A stretch of 64,000 bases of DNA from the human T2T-CHM13v2.0 reference genome, Homo sapiens. The position numbers and the translations under genes are program-made. Each line of letters starts with the position of its first letter. Within the stretch, counting starts at the first letter, position 1. Below are positions 1 to 12,079 of this stretch, piece by piece. The stretch lies in the NCBI RefSeq assembly GCF_009914755.1, contig NC_060940.1. One strand, written 5' to 3'. The notes under the pieces are model-generated. The model worked only from the letters and a program-made list of their open reading frames with translations. It did no database searches and had not been told where the DNA came from.

Positions 1-574
1 ACTCTTCTCCCTCCCTCCAGGGTCAGGCTTCCAGCATGGAGTTTGCAATCTGGTCCTGGCCGCCTCTAGCAGCCTCCTGCCTGGGTCCTCCCTCCTCCAT
101 GCACAGAACATCCATCTCTGTTTCAGACCCAAGCTATGATTTGCCACTTACAACTCATGCCATGCTAGCTTATCTCTCTCTGGCTTTGTAAGCTTGATTT
201 CTATGATTTGAAGTGTCGTTTTCTTTCCTTTTCACGTGGAGAGTTCTATTTACTTAAATTCTACCTACTCAGATCAAATGTCTTCTGTAAACCTTTTCTT
301 AATTCCTTTCCAGCCACCCCAGAGCAAGGATTTTCAACCATCTCTTAGGGCCCTCATCACAGGAAACCCACATTACAAAGCTGTATTGATGAAACTGAAC
401 CCCTCTCTATAACCACAGCACTGAGCTTGGACTGGGGAACATTAGATGCTGAATACATGTTTCCTACAAGAATGGCAACAAATTATTCTTAGTTGTTTAC
501 AAAATCCAAATGTTTTTCAGGAGATAAAAACTTACCATGCATGGGAGTTGTGAAGCGTGTATATCTTACATAGA

Positions 575-1290
575 CAAAGATGTTCATCATTGGCAAAATA
601 ATTGCAAATAACTCAAATGACCATCAACAGGGCCATTAGTTAATCAAATTAAGAACATAGGCTATAATGGAATACTACACAGATGTTCAAAAAGAATAAA
701 GCACATTTATTCTGACATGAGAAAATATTACATAAAAAAACATGCTGTAGATCAGAAGAGAATGATTACATTTAAAATTATAGTGGATGGGCATGGTGGC
801 TCACGGCTGTAATCCCAGAGCATTGGGAGGCAAAGGCAGGAGAATTACTTGAGGCCAGGAGTTGGAGACCAGCCTGGACAAAGTAGTGAGATGCCATCCT
901 ACAAAAACAAAAAAAAATTAATTAGCTGGGCATGGTGATATGTGCCTGTAATCCCAGCCACTCGGGAGGCTAAGGTAGGGGGGATTGCTTGAGCCCAGGA
1001 GTTTGAGGCTGTAGTGAGCTGTGATCATGCCCCTGCACTCCAGCCTGAAGGACAGAGTGAGAATCTATCTCTAACAATAGAACTAACTAAACAAATAAAT
1101 AATAAAATTGTATACGTAAATTATAGATTAAATATAAGTGTACTCATAGAAAAATGCTTGGCATTATATGTACCAAAATATTGAGTCATTTCCTCCTCCC
1201 ATATAGAATCAAAAGATGTCATTAATGTCTTACTTTAATAAATTGTTAGGTTATTCAGTATTAATAATGTATTTATTTTATGTGTTAAAG
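575..1290 (+). mobile_element. Old L1ME-type 3' fragment, interrupted by AluJ
   Basis: aaagatgttcatca...aactcaaatgaccatcaacaggg...aatggaatactacacag resembles a degenerate L1 3' end; boundaries approximate. Confidence 0.6.
785..1107 (+). mobile_element. AluJ
   Basis: Dimeric Alu with J-type ttgaggccaggagt/gaggctgtagtgagctgtgatc; degenerate A-rich tail. Confidence 0.9.
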
Positions 1291-1301
1291 ATGTATTTTG
1301 A

Positions 1302-1364
1302 GGCTGGGCACAGTGGCTCACACCTGTAATCCCAGCACTTTGGGAGGCCGAGGCGGGTGGATCA
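1302..1364 (+). mobile_element. Alu 5' fragment (truncated left arm)
   Basis: ggctgggcacagtggctcacacctgtaatcccagcactttgggaggccgaggcgggtggatca, then similarity stops abruptly. Confidence 0.9.
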
Positions 1365-1470
1365 TTACCCGCCTCTGGACATGCTTTGTGTTGCTCTTTC
1401 TCTCTTAAAGTGAGAAATGCAATGAAATACAATGAAAGAAGTAAAGTGTAAGCTGGTGTTTTTTCAGTAT

Positions 1471-2003
1471 CTGACCCAGCAATCCCATTACTGGGTATAT
1501 ACCCAAAGGATTATAAATCATTCTACTGTAAAGACACATGCACACGTATGTTTATTGAGGCACTGTTCACAATAGCAAAGACTTGGAACCAACGCAAATG
1601 CCCATCAATGATAGACTGGATAAGGAAAATGTGGCACATATACACCATGGAATACTATGCTGCCATAAAAATGGATGAGTTCATGTCCTTTGCAGGGACA
1701 TGGATGACACTGGAAACCATCATTCTCAGCAAACTAATGCAAGAATAGAAAACCAAACACCACATATTCTCACTCATAAGTGGGAGTTGAACACTGAGAA
1801 CACAAGGACACAGGGAGGGGAATATCACATACCAGGTCCTGTCAGGGGGTGGGAGGCTAGGGGAGGGATAGCATTAGGAGAAATACCTAATGTAGATGAC
1901 GGGTTGATAGGTGCAGGAAACCACAATGACACGTGTATACCTATGAAACAAACATGCACGTTCTGCACATGTACCCCAGAAGTTAAAGTATAATAAAAAA
2001 AAA
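1471..2003 (+). mobile_element. L1PA (about L1PA7) 3' end: ORF2 C-terminus remnant, 3'UTR, poly(A)
   Basis: ORF 1548-1748 (MFIEALFTIAKTWNQ..KMWHIYTMEYYAAIK) matches the L1 ORF2p C-terminus; G-rich 3'UTR and aagtataataaaaaaa end. Confidence 0.95.
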
Positions 2004-3170
2004 ACTTATAGTGAGAAATACATTTTACATCACAATCTAATACACGCAAACACATGTGTGCACATACACACCCACAACACTTGCATTACTGGAACAGAAG
2101 TTTTACACAGCAACTCTTTACTACTTGCAAGTCACTCTGATATTTTCTGATATCTAGCTATGACTCATGAAGTTGATTCCATGACCCACAGTGTAGCATG
2201 GCCCTCGGACTGAATAACATTTTGTCCTTGGTAAGGACTTTAACTTACTCCTTATGGGATGCTGAGCAAGTGACTTATGTAAGCCCCGATTTCCTCCTCA
2301 GTACAATTAAAAAGTATTATTTCATGTAGCATAAGATTTTGTGAAACTGAAAGTAGATATTTCATATAAAACACTTAGCTCAATGCCTGTCATAACGTAA
2401 GCGGTCAATAAAAATCATCTCCCATCATTATTATTTTCTTTTCCAACAGGAATCTCACCAATCTAGAGGAGACTGAGACCATGCATTCTCTACTTCTCTT
2501 AAGGCAAGTGACAATTATATTTATGTTTGTACAAGCACCATGGCATCGTCATTACTGACTGATATTGACTTTGCTGTCAATCAAAGACCCTTAAATCCTT
2601 TTAAAGCATGGATTGTTCTTTCACCAACCCTTTCACATCCAGTAGGTGTGTCATGAATATTTTGAACATAAAGGTTTGCCCCTACATTTACACTAGTCAG
2701 ATCTCATTTTGTCAGTTTCAGGGCAGCAATTTATTTAGAAAAACAAGGGATTTACCAGGTGACCGAAGCCCTCAGCTTGTATGCTGGGAGTTATACAAAT
2801 GAGCCTGCACACTATTCTCACCCAGAGAACCCAACAATGATAAGTCCTTTCAGAGAGCAACTTGTAGTTTTTCAAGCACTTATGATGATTTTAGAGAGGC
2901 CAAGGGAGATTTCATTTTCCCCATTTTACAGATGAGAAAACTGTGCTATTTAGTATGGCCTGAAAATGTGTAAAGGAAACCTTGCTAATGAGTGGCGGGA
3001 CCTAGACAAATATTTATGTCTTCTGGAACCCGGACAGTTGTTCTCTTGACACACTGCATACCTCTGCGCGGATGGCATCCGAGGCCAAGTCTAGAACGGG
3101 TGGTAGTGTGTATAGGAGTGACTTACAAGTCGTTGGGGGAATCTTTGCCTACATCCAAAACCTAGTGGGA

Positions 3171-3485
3171 GGCCAGGCACAGTGGCTCACACCTCTAATC
3201 CCAGCACTTTGGGAGGCCGAGGCAGGGGGATCACGAGTTCAGGAGATCGAGACTTTCCTGGCCAACATGGTGAAACCCTGTCTCTACTCAAATACAAAAA
3301 ATTAGCTGAGCATGGTGATGGGTGCCTGTCGTCTCAGCTACTCAGGAGGCTGACGCAGAGGAATTACTTGAACCCGGGAAGCAGAGGTTGTAGTGAGCCA
3401 AGATCGCACCACGGCACTCCAGCCTGATGACAGAGCGAGACTCCATCAAAAAAATAAATAAATAAATAAAAATAAAAATAAAAAT
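3171..3485 (+). mobile_element. AluSc-like
   Basis: Full dimer; ggatcacgag..caggagatcgagac; TSD aaaaccta(g/a)tggga. Confidence 0.92.
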
Positions 3486-3949
3486 AAAACCTAATGGGAG
3501 TGGTTTTTGGATTTTCCAAGAATATCTACTTATACTGGTTAGTACACCATAGCTGCATTTATTGAGTAATCACATTTTTTTGCTTTCCCAAGGACCCAGG
3601 TAATCCCTTTTCCATGGTCGCCACAGGTAGCTGGTCCCTAGCCCTCCAGTCAACACTGCTTTAATAAGTCCACATTTGAACCCCCAAGAAGAGAAAGGAA
3701 GAAAACATCTGTGATTCAAAATACCTGAGATCAACCCTGTGGAAAGGCAAAGTACCATACTGTTAGGAACATGTGCTTTGGAGCAAATGCTGGATCCCAT
3801 CCTAGCTCTTGCACCTATCCAGACATGGGACCCTAGGCTAGTCACTAACCTTTCTGAGTCTTTGTATCCATGTCTGCAGAGGAGAAATAATCATACTATG
3901 TCAAAGGGTTGCTGAGAGTGTTACATGTTATGAAATGTACCAGACACTT

Positions 3950-4655
3950 ATCTTAAGCCCAATTCCCTAGAAACAGAGCCTCAGATGGGATTCTGAGATG
4001 GAGAGAGCTCTCAGGAGGAGGGGAGTGAGGGAAGCAGAATGGGACAAAAGGAGGATGAAAAGCAAGAAAGTAGTCTCAACCCAAGACTGCCTTCAGTCTG
4101 ATCCTAGAGAAAGCTCTGGAGCCCAAATTGAGCCAGAGAGAATACCCAGTGGAGGAAAGGGGCCAGCCCACGTCAGTCAGTCTCTGGCTGCTGGCTACCC
4201 TCTGTGGAAGGAGTAGAGGAGGTGGTTCCTATTCATCCAAGTGATGTGTTTCCTATTCAGCCAGGTGAGGTGTTTCCTATTCAGCCAGGTGAGGTGTTTC
4301 CTATTCAGCCAGGTGAGGTGTTTCCTATTCAGCCAGATGAGGTGTTTTCTATTCACCCAGGTGAGGTGTTTCCCTTCCAGCCAGGTGAGGTGTTTTCTAT
4401 TCAGACAAGTGAGGTATTTACTATCCAGCCAGGTGAGGTGTTTCCTACTCAGCCAGGTGGGGTATTTCATATTCTTCCAGGTGAAGTGTTACCTATTCAG
4501 CCAGCGAAGGTGACTCCTATATGACCAGATGAGGTGGATCCTATTCAGCCAAGAAAGCAGGGGTGAGCTGGTAGCAGCCAACACCCACAGCTGCTGGAGG
4601 ACGATGTACAGCCAATGAAGGGGTTCTTGGTGGGGCACCAGTGGCATCCACTACT
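3950..4655 (-). mobile_element. ERVL LTR (LTR16-like) hosting a minisatellite
   Basis: Begins tcttaagcccaattccctagaaacagagcctcag and ends ggggcaccagtggcatccactac, the reverse complements of LTR16-type ends. Confidence 0.65.
4219..4554. repeat. Minisatellite, 14 x 24 bp (GAGGTGTTTCCTATTCAGCCAGGT)
   Basis: 14 units counted directly with no indels; units at 4267 and 4291 are identical and the edge units are degenerate. Confidence 0.97.
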
Positions 4656-5752
4656 AAACAGAGTCTAGCAAATACAAGGGTCCATTTGATGGTAGTTATC
4701 CTTATTATTTGAAATTGTCTTTACTATTCTCAGGCTGAGCCAGTTTCATGTCTTGTAGCAAAACCATTACATGTCTTAGGCATCTGTTTTTGGCCCAAGA
4801 CCCGAAGCAATAGAGACCCAGTCTGCAGCGCTAACATAATAACAGGAAGAAATTTCCCTCCTCTGATGTGAAAACCAAATGCCCTGAATTGTCCAATATC
4901 AGAAAGCCCTAACAGGATGTTTTGACATATACAGTTCAGGCTTCAGACAACTGCTTCCCAGTGGAAATCGAACTGAGCAAAGAAAAAGGCAAAATTTAGG
5001 AAGTTGAAATGACAGGGCAGATCAATTTGAAAAGCTTAATGTGTAAAGCTTGCTATGCAGGGTGATTTTGCTGAAATGAAATTTTTTCAAAGCAAATCTT
5101 CTTTGCCCTTCTGGATCCATACAAAACCGGGGCGTTTTCCCAGAGTCACTAGGAAAATAGCTTTGTGCCATCTGCACCTGTCATGTCGAGGACCAAGACT
5201 CTAAAAACTGGCCAAGCAACTACAAATGCTGCAGACAGGCAAGAGGAGGAGACCCAAGCTCCGTGCTCTCTGCTATCCCAGGTTCACTCAGCCAGCACCA
5301 TCTATATGCTGATGATTCCTGTATTTAAGTCCTCAATTAGGACCCCCACCCCGAATTTCAATGTCAGATATCCAAGGGCATACTTCACATCTTCACTCAG
5401 ATGCCTAAACCAGTGTCTTCAAAGTCAGCACAACCAAATGGAAATGGAATTCCTCACTTGTTCCTCCCACAATTTCCCTCATCTTTGCATAGGGCAACTC
5501 AACATTCTTCATTGCTCAAGTCGAAAACAACATCATAAAAAACATAAACAAATTAACAAGCAAAAAAAACAAGCAACTCCGTTAAAAAGTAGTTAAAGGT
5601 CATGAACAGACACTTTTTAGAAGAAGACATACATGCTGCCAACAAGCTTATGAAAAAAATGCTCGACATCACTAATCATTAGAGAAACATGAATCAAAAC
5701 CACAGTGAGATACGTCTCACACCAGTCTGAATGGCTATTATTAAAAAGTCAA

Positions 5753-6129
<377 letters not shown>

Positions 6130-6546
6130 TTAGTTTAGCTATCGTGAGAAGCAGCGTTATGTTTTTCCAAAGAACTTAAAACAGGGCTACCGTTCGCCCT
6201 AGTAATCCCGTTACTGGGTATATACCCAAAGGAATATATACCGTTCTACCATACAGAGACATGCACACATGTGTTCATCACTGCACTATTCACAATAGCA
6301 AAGGCATGGAATAAACCTAAATGCCCATCAACTATACACTGGATAAAGAAAATGTGGTACATATACACCATGGAATACTATGCCGCCATAAAAAAGAACA
6401 AGATCATGTCCTTTGCAGCAACATGAATGGAGCTGGAGGCCATTATTCTAAGCAAACTAACTCAGGAACAGAAAACAAAACACTGCGTGTTCTTACTTAT
6501 AGTGGGAGCTAAACAATGAGAACACAAGGACACAAAGAAGGGAACA

Positions 6547-6836
6547 GGCCAGGTGCAGTGGCTCACACCTGTAATCCTAGCACTTTGGGAGGCTGAGATG
6601 GGTGGATCACCTGAGGTCAAGGGTTCAAGACTAGCCTGGCCAACATGGTGAAGCCCTTTGTCTTCTAAAAATACAAAAATTAGCCAGGTGTGGTGGTGCA
6701 TGCCTATAATCCTCAGGAGGCTGAGGCAAGAGAATTGCTTGAACCTAGGAGCTGGAGGTTGCAGTGAGCCAAGATCATGCCACTGCATTCCAGCCTGGGC
6801 AACACAGCAAGACTCTGTCAAAAAAAAAAAAAAAAA
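6547..6836 (+). mobile_element. AluSx-like
   Basis: Full dimer with a small right-arm deletion; poly(A). Confidence 0.9.
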
Positions 6837-7149
6837 TACTGGGGCCTACTTGAGGGTGGACAGTGGGAAAAGGATTGAAAAACTACCTATAGGGTACTAT
6901 GCTTATTACTTGGGTAACATAGTCATCTGTACCCCAGACCCCCACGACACGCAATTTACCCATGTAACAAACTTGCGCATGTACCCCTGAACCTAAAACA
7001 GAAGTTTTAAAATGAGTAGATAAACTTTCTGGCTCAGGATTTTTTGGATATAGGTAAAATCTGAGTCCTGTTGGTTCTGAGGTCCAGGGCTTATTTCTCA
7101 CCCTAGATCCTTGCCTTTGGTAGGGAACTGAAAACAGAATGGCTAATTT

Positions 7150-7462
7150 TTGTTTTTTTTTTTTTTTTTTTTTAGACAGAGTCTCTCTCTGTTGGCCAGG
7201 TCGGAGTGCGGTGGCGCAATCTCAGCTCACTGCAAGCTCCGCCTCCCAGGTTCACGCCATTCTCCTGCCTCAGCCTCCTGAGTAGCTGGGACTACAGGGG
7301 CCTGCCACCACATCCAGCTAATTTTTTTTTTTTTTTGTATTTTTAGTAGAGACGGGGTTTAACCATGTTAGCCAGGATGGTCTTGATCTCTTGACCTTGT
7401 GATCCGCCCGCCTCGGCCTCCCAAAGTGCTGGGATTACAGGCATGAGTCATCGCGCCCAGCC
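7150..7462 (-). mobile_element. AluY
   Basis: Y diagnostics gcaagctccgcc, ttcacgccattc, ttagccaggatgg; perfect TSD cagaatggctaattt. Confidence 0.93.
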
Positions 7463-8218
7463 CAGAATGGCTAATTTCTGAATGTTATTTGGCATTGTAC
7501 TTGATCACAAATAAATGTGAATTGGAAAAAAAAAACAAAACCAGCAGCATCATCTCCCTCCCTCTCTTGCATAGCACAGACCCAATCTATCAGCCAATTC
7601 TGCTTGCTCTACCTTTAAGATATATCCAGAACTGGACCACATCTTGCTGTCCCCTAGGCCCAAACCATCAGCATCTCTCACCTGGATTTCTGCAACTGCC
7701 TCCACTTCAGGAATTCCTGATACTGCCCCTGCTCCCTCGAGTCTGTTCTCGACACAACCACAGTGATGCTTTTAGACTGTAACACAGATTATGCCATTAA
7801 CTCCCCTGCTTAAGATCCCCCAGTGACTTCCTACCTCACCTGGGTAGCAGCTACATTCGTAACAGTGTCCCACGAAGCTCTACCTGATCCTGCCACCTTC
7901 TTACCTCTTGGATACCATCTTCTACTACTCTCTCCCTTGCTCCCTCTATTCCATATGCACTGGGCTCCTTGCCCTTCTTTGTCTGTGTCAGGCATGTTCT
8001 AGCCACAGAGCTTTAATCCTTGCTGTTCCCTCTGCCAAAGAACGCTGTTTCTCATAGACCAGTGTGGCTAGCTCCCTGGGGTCTTTTCCCAAATGTTGTC
8101 TCTTCCACCAGGCATTCCCTGGCCACCCTACTTAAATTGCAACTCCTGTCCCCCACTGCCAATTCCCCTTTTCTGTTTTATTTATTCTGTAGGACTTTTC
8201 ATCATCTAAAATATTTGC

Positions 8219-8498
8219 GGGCCAGGTGCAATGGCTCACACCTGTCATCTCAGCACTTTGGGAGGCTGAGGCAGGAGGATTACTTGAGTTCAAGAGTTTG
8301 AGGTCAGCTTGGGAAACATAGGGAGACCTTGTCTCTGCAAACAAATTGAGCCAGACATGGTGAGGTGTGCCTCTAATCCCAGCTGCTTGGGAGGCTTGGG
8401 TGGGAGAATAGCCTTCACCAGGAGGTTGAGGCTTCAGTGAGCTGTGATCATGTCAGCCTGGGCTACACTGCAAGACCCTGTCTCAAAAAAAGAAAAAA
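8219..8498 (+). mobile_element. AluJ
   Basis: Diverged dimer with J-type features. Confidence 0.88.
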
Positions 8499-8694
8499 TT
8501 ACTTGCTACTCTACCCGTTGATTTCAACTGTGGTACTGTTGTCCACCTTCCCCACCAGCCTGCAAGCTTCATGAAAGCCTGAGCTTCACTCTATTTTTGT
8601 TCACTGCTGTATTCCCAGCACCTAAAACAATATCCTGTACATAGTTGACACTCAATAAATATTTCCTAAATAAATGGACGGATAAATTTACTTA

Positions 8695-9115
8695 AACAGT
8701 TCTTTGTAAATTGATTCCCTTTTTAACATAAGTAAATCCACTTTTAAAGGAAATGTATATCTTGGCTGTAAATGAACCAGCATCAACAGTCATAAAGAGA
8801 AGTTATCCAGAAAAAGAAATACAATGAAATGAAAATGCTGTTATTAAATCTAGCTAGATACTGCTGCCAGCCCAGTTCTCTAAGCCTGCAGTGTAATCTC
8901 TCTTTTCTAAACAAGGAAATCAGCCAGTGTTTAAAGATGTCCTAGCACCAGACTGAGACTGCTCTTAACTAATCAAAAGAGTCGATAAAGAATTGAAAGA
9001 TAAATAGCTTTCTAACTCTCGGATTCAATGTTAACTGTTCTTGGATCTGTGTATCACCCAAACATTTCCTCTGCCACCCATAAATATAAAGCATCCCACA
9101 CTTCTGAAAGCAATG
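8695..9115. mobile_element. Probable hAT-Charlie-type DNA transposon relic
   Basis: ctagctagatactgctgccagc..tctaagcctg motif recalled from Charlie-group MERs; family uncertain. Confidence 0.35.
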
Positions 9116-9549
9116 AAATAGATATTAATGACTTTCCATTTTCTGAGCATCAGTTCCTCCCACAATATCCCCCATACCTATATAGGGCAACTCAATTTTC
9201 TCAATTGCCCAGGTCAAAAACATCATAATCTCCCTCATTCTCTTACACAGTACATCTCCAATGTGTCAGCAATTTCTGCTTGCCCTACCTTCAAAATACA
9301 CCCCCGAATCTGACCACGTATTACTATGTGCAATATCCCTTTTCTAAGTTAATTGGTGGGGAGGTACTGAGAATGGTTGTACATGGATTCTGCCCTGAAG
9401 AAATTCAGTGTGGTTGGGAGATAAAGCATGCATGTAATTGACATGCACGTAAAAGGAGGGTAGAAAGTTGTAAATTCCACAAGGAAAGCATAGCTCATGT
9501 GCTATGGGCCCCGATATGACATTAATGTTTAGCAAGTATTCATTTACAC

Positions 9550-9916
9550 ACAGACCTGCACATTTCTCACGAGGAGAGTATGCTTCCTTGCACCCTGATA
9601 TCAGGGGCTTGGACACAGGTCTTGTTTTATCCAATGAGATGTGAGTGGAAGTGACAGTTTGTGAATTCAGAGCCAAGGCTTTAAGACACATTGCACATTT
9701 CTGCTCACCCCTGGGGACCGCCGTCTAACCTCTTTCTCAAGAAGAATGTGGCTCACTTAGCCATTGCCCTTTCAGCCAGAGCCCAAAGCATGTGAACTAG
9801 AGGTGCTCTCACCAATCTGCAGATGCATGAGCAAAAAATAAAGGCTTATTTGCAGATGCCAGAATTTCAGGGCTGTTTGCTATGCAGCATTATTGTACAG
9901 AAAGCTGATTAAGACA
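9550..9916 (+). mobile_element. MLT1 (MaLR) LTR, J/K-type
   Basis: 3' end aataaaggctt...tgtttgctatgcagcattattgtacagaaagctgattaagaca. Confidence 0.7.
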
Positions 9917-9924
9917 GAAACTGA

Positions 9925-10120
9925 CAATAGCTAGAAGAGAGGACTTGAATGTTTCCAACAGAAAGAAATGATACATGTTTTTTAAGTGACTGATATCCCA
10001 AATACCCTGACTTGATCACCGCATATCATATACATGTATCAAAATGTAGCATATATCTGATGGATATGTGCAATTATTATGTATCAATTAAAAATAAGTT
10101 AAAATTCTATACTTTAAAAA
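9925..10120 (+). mobile_element. L1MA 3' UTR fragment
   Basis: atagctagaagagaggacttgaatgtttccaac...taccctgacttgatc...tatgtatcaattaaaaataa. Confidence 0.85.
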
Positions 10121-10405
10121 GATTGAAAGTGACAGGAAGAAGACCTGACTTTGACTAGGTATCAATCAGACATACTTTCTGATCAGGGAGGTATTGCAGG
10201 TGGATTTCATGCCACATATACCATGCTTCAAGCAATCTTAGCAGATTGCAAATCATATCTCAGATAGGGCTATGCCAGGGATGTGAAAGCTCCGCTGAAA
10301 ACTGCTTTTGACCTCACAGCTCATAGAGGACAGGAGAACAGAAAGAAGAAGACGAGAAGGCTGAGGAGGACTTTGTCTACATATCTGGTTGTTCGTGTTT
10401 GCTGT

Positions 10406-10473
10406 TCCTCTGCCTGCCCTTTAAGCATTAGTGTTCACTCTTCCTCCTCTGCCTGCCCTTTAAGCATTAGTGT
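10406..10473. repeat. Short direct duplication (2 x 29 bp, period 39)
   Basis: tcctctgcctgccctttaagcattagtgt at 10406 and 10445. Confidence 0.9.
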
Positions 10474-10599
10474 GCCCCGAGGTCCTGATCTCAGTCATCC
10501 TCTGCTCTTGTGCCTCCAATTCTTCCTGGGCAATCTGCCACTGCCCTGATCAGCACCATGATGAACATTCTCATGCGTGTTCCCTGATGGAGCTGGTGT

Positions 10600-11065
10600 C
10601 TGTCTTACTTAATTCCGGTATCCCCCAAAACAGCTCCTGAGACAGAGATGCAAGTGCAGGGAGTTTGAGAGGTTTATTTGAGAAAGCAGAAGGGTGGGCC
10701 TGGGGAGAACAAGGAAGAAACCAAGTCACATGCACACTGATGAGCAGATCAATGGGCAACTGAGGCTCAGTAGACTCTTGGAGGAACCAAACAGAATGCT
10801 CCTTGGAAATGTCCCACTCGAGAGTGGGGAGGCTGGGGCATTTATCCACCACCTCACATCTGATGGTGGTTGAGGGTTTCCCCGGGGCTGTTAACTTCAC
10901 TTCCTGGTTGCACCTGCACTGTGCTGAGGGCCCTCCAACTGAGGCAGGAGAGAGACGCAGCAGCACGTGCTTGATGCAGAACGCTGGCCACAGGCACGGA
11001 ACTGTCCATCTCCGTGTGCTGAAATCAGATGTCCTAAGGGATGTGAACGGCTCAGTGCACCACAA
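10600..11065 (-). mobile_element. ERVL LTR (LTR16-like)
   Basis: tgtcttactt..cccccaaaacagctcctgagacagagatgcaagtgcagg..tttattt start; cagtgcaccaca end. Confidence 0.65.
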
Positions 11066-11089
11066 GGCTCTGCTACAGATGTGGAAAAA

Positions 11090-11580
11090 ATACATTTTCA
11101 GCACAGGCCTTTCTTCTGAGCAACTAGAGGTACAGCACACACCTCTGACTCAACACTTTCCAAACTATGTCATCCCCGCCTCCCTGCTTTCCCCACTTTT
11201 TCCAGAATCCCTGAAGGCAGGGAATGGCCCACTATCCACTCCATTTTTGAAACTTCAAAGATACTGTTTATTTCTCTCAGTCCATCATCTATCAGATCAA
11301 AATATAAATTCTGAGTCAAAAGCAGGATTTTCCTTGCTCCCAACTCTGACAGTCACCCCTGCCTCATCACCCTGTTCCCTGTTCCCAGCACTCACTCTGA
11401 AATGTGCTTGCTTAACTAATTAATGACTGCTGCCATGTACTGACTGCCTCCCACCTCTAGATGGTGAGTTCCACAGGGCAGCACCTGCTCTTCCTGGCTC
11501 TCTCACCTCTCCAGTACCTGGAACAGTCCCTGGTACAGAGTAGGTACTCTATAGGTGACTGTGGAACAAACAAGTAGCTC
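11090..11580 (+). mobile_element. L2 fragments
   Basis: ccagtacctggaacagtccctggtacagagtaggtactc is an L2 3' end. Confidence 0.6.
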
Positions 11581-11785
11581 ACAGGGAGAGGGTCCCACAA
11601 GCTCATACAGTGATCACCAAGGCAGGGGATGGTCAGACATGTCTCCGCTCATCATCTCTGGGTCTGCCTCTTTCTAACTGGCTTCCCCTGAGATAAAGGC
11701 ATAGACGAAATGTGAAGTCTGAAGAAGCCCCCAGCACAGGGAGGAAGGCTGCAGGGAAGCGAGGTAATCAATTCTGCGCAGAGCA

Positions 11786-11825
11786 TCCACATTGGACGAG
11801 TCTTTTGTGACTTATCCAATGTGGA
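11786..11825. other. 17-bp inverted repeat (hairpin) with 6-nt loop
   Basis: tccacattggacgagtc-ttttgt-gacttatccaatgtgga; 15 Watson-Crick pairs, 1 G:T, 1 mismatch. Confidence 0.9.
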
Positions 11826-12079
11826 CGGATGAAAATATTATTGTATTTTATTCAGCTGCAAAATTGTGCATTTAGGTAAACTGGCAAGGAAGCGACCAAC
11901 CTGTCACCAACCCTAACTCCCAGCCCTTCCCTGGGGTCCCCACCCACTCCTGAGCCCTCTTTGAAGCTGCCGCCTCCCTGCCTCACCCACCAGCTCCTCA
12001 AAGACACTTGCCATCAATACTGTTCCTGGGGGAATATTTCTCTTGCTGGTGCAGCCGGAATTTCCTCCCCGAGAGGAGA

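Noticed and set aside
1548-1748. ORF with clear protein homology
   Set aside because: C-terminal remnant of L1 ORF2p in a 5'-truncated L1, not a host gene
4219-4554. CRISPR-like regular array (also 20317-20966)
   Set aside because: Units are contiguous with no unique spacers, there are no cas genes, and the DNA is primate
10571-11423. Overlapping 189-aa and 206-aa ORFs on opposite strands
   Set aside because: They lie within LTR16-like and L2 relics; no recognisable domain or exon structure
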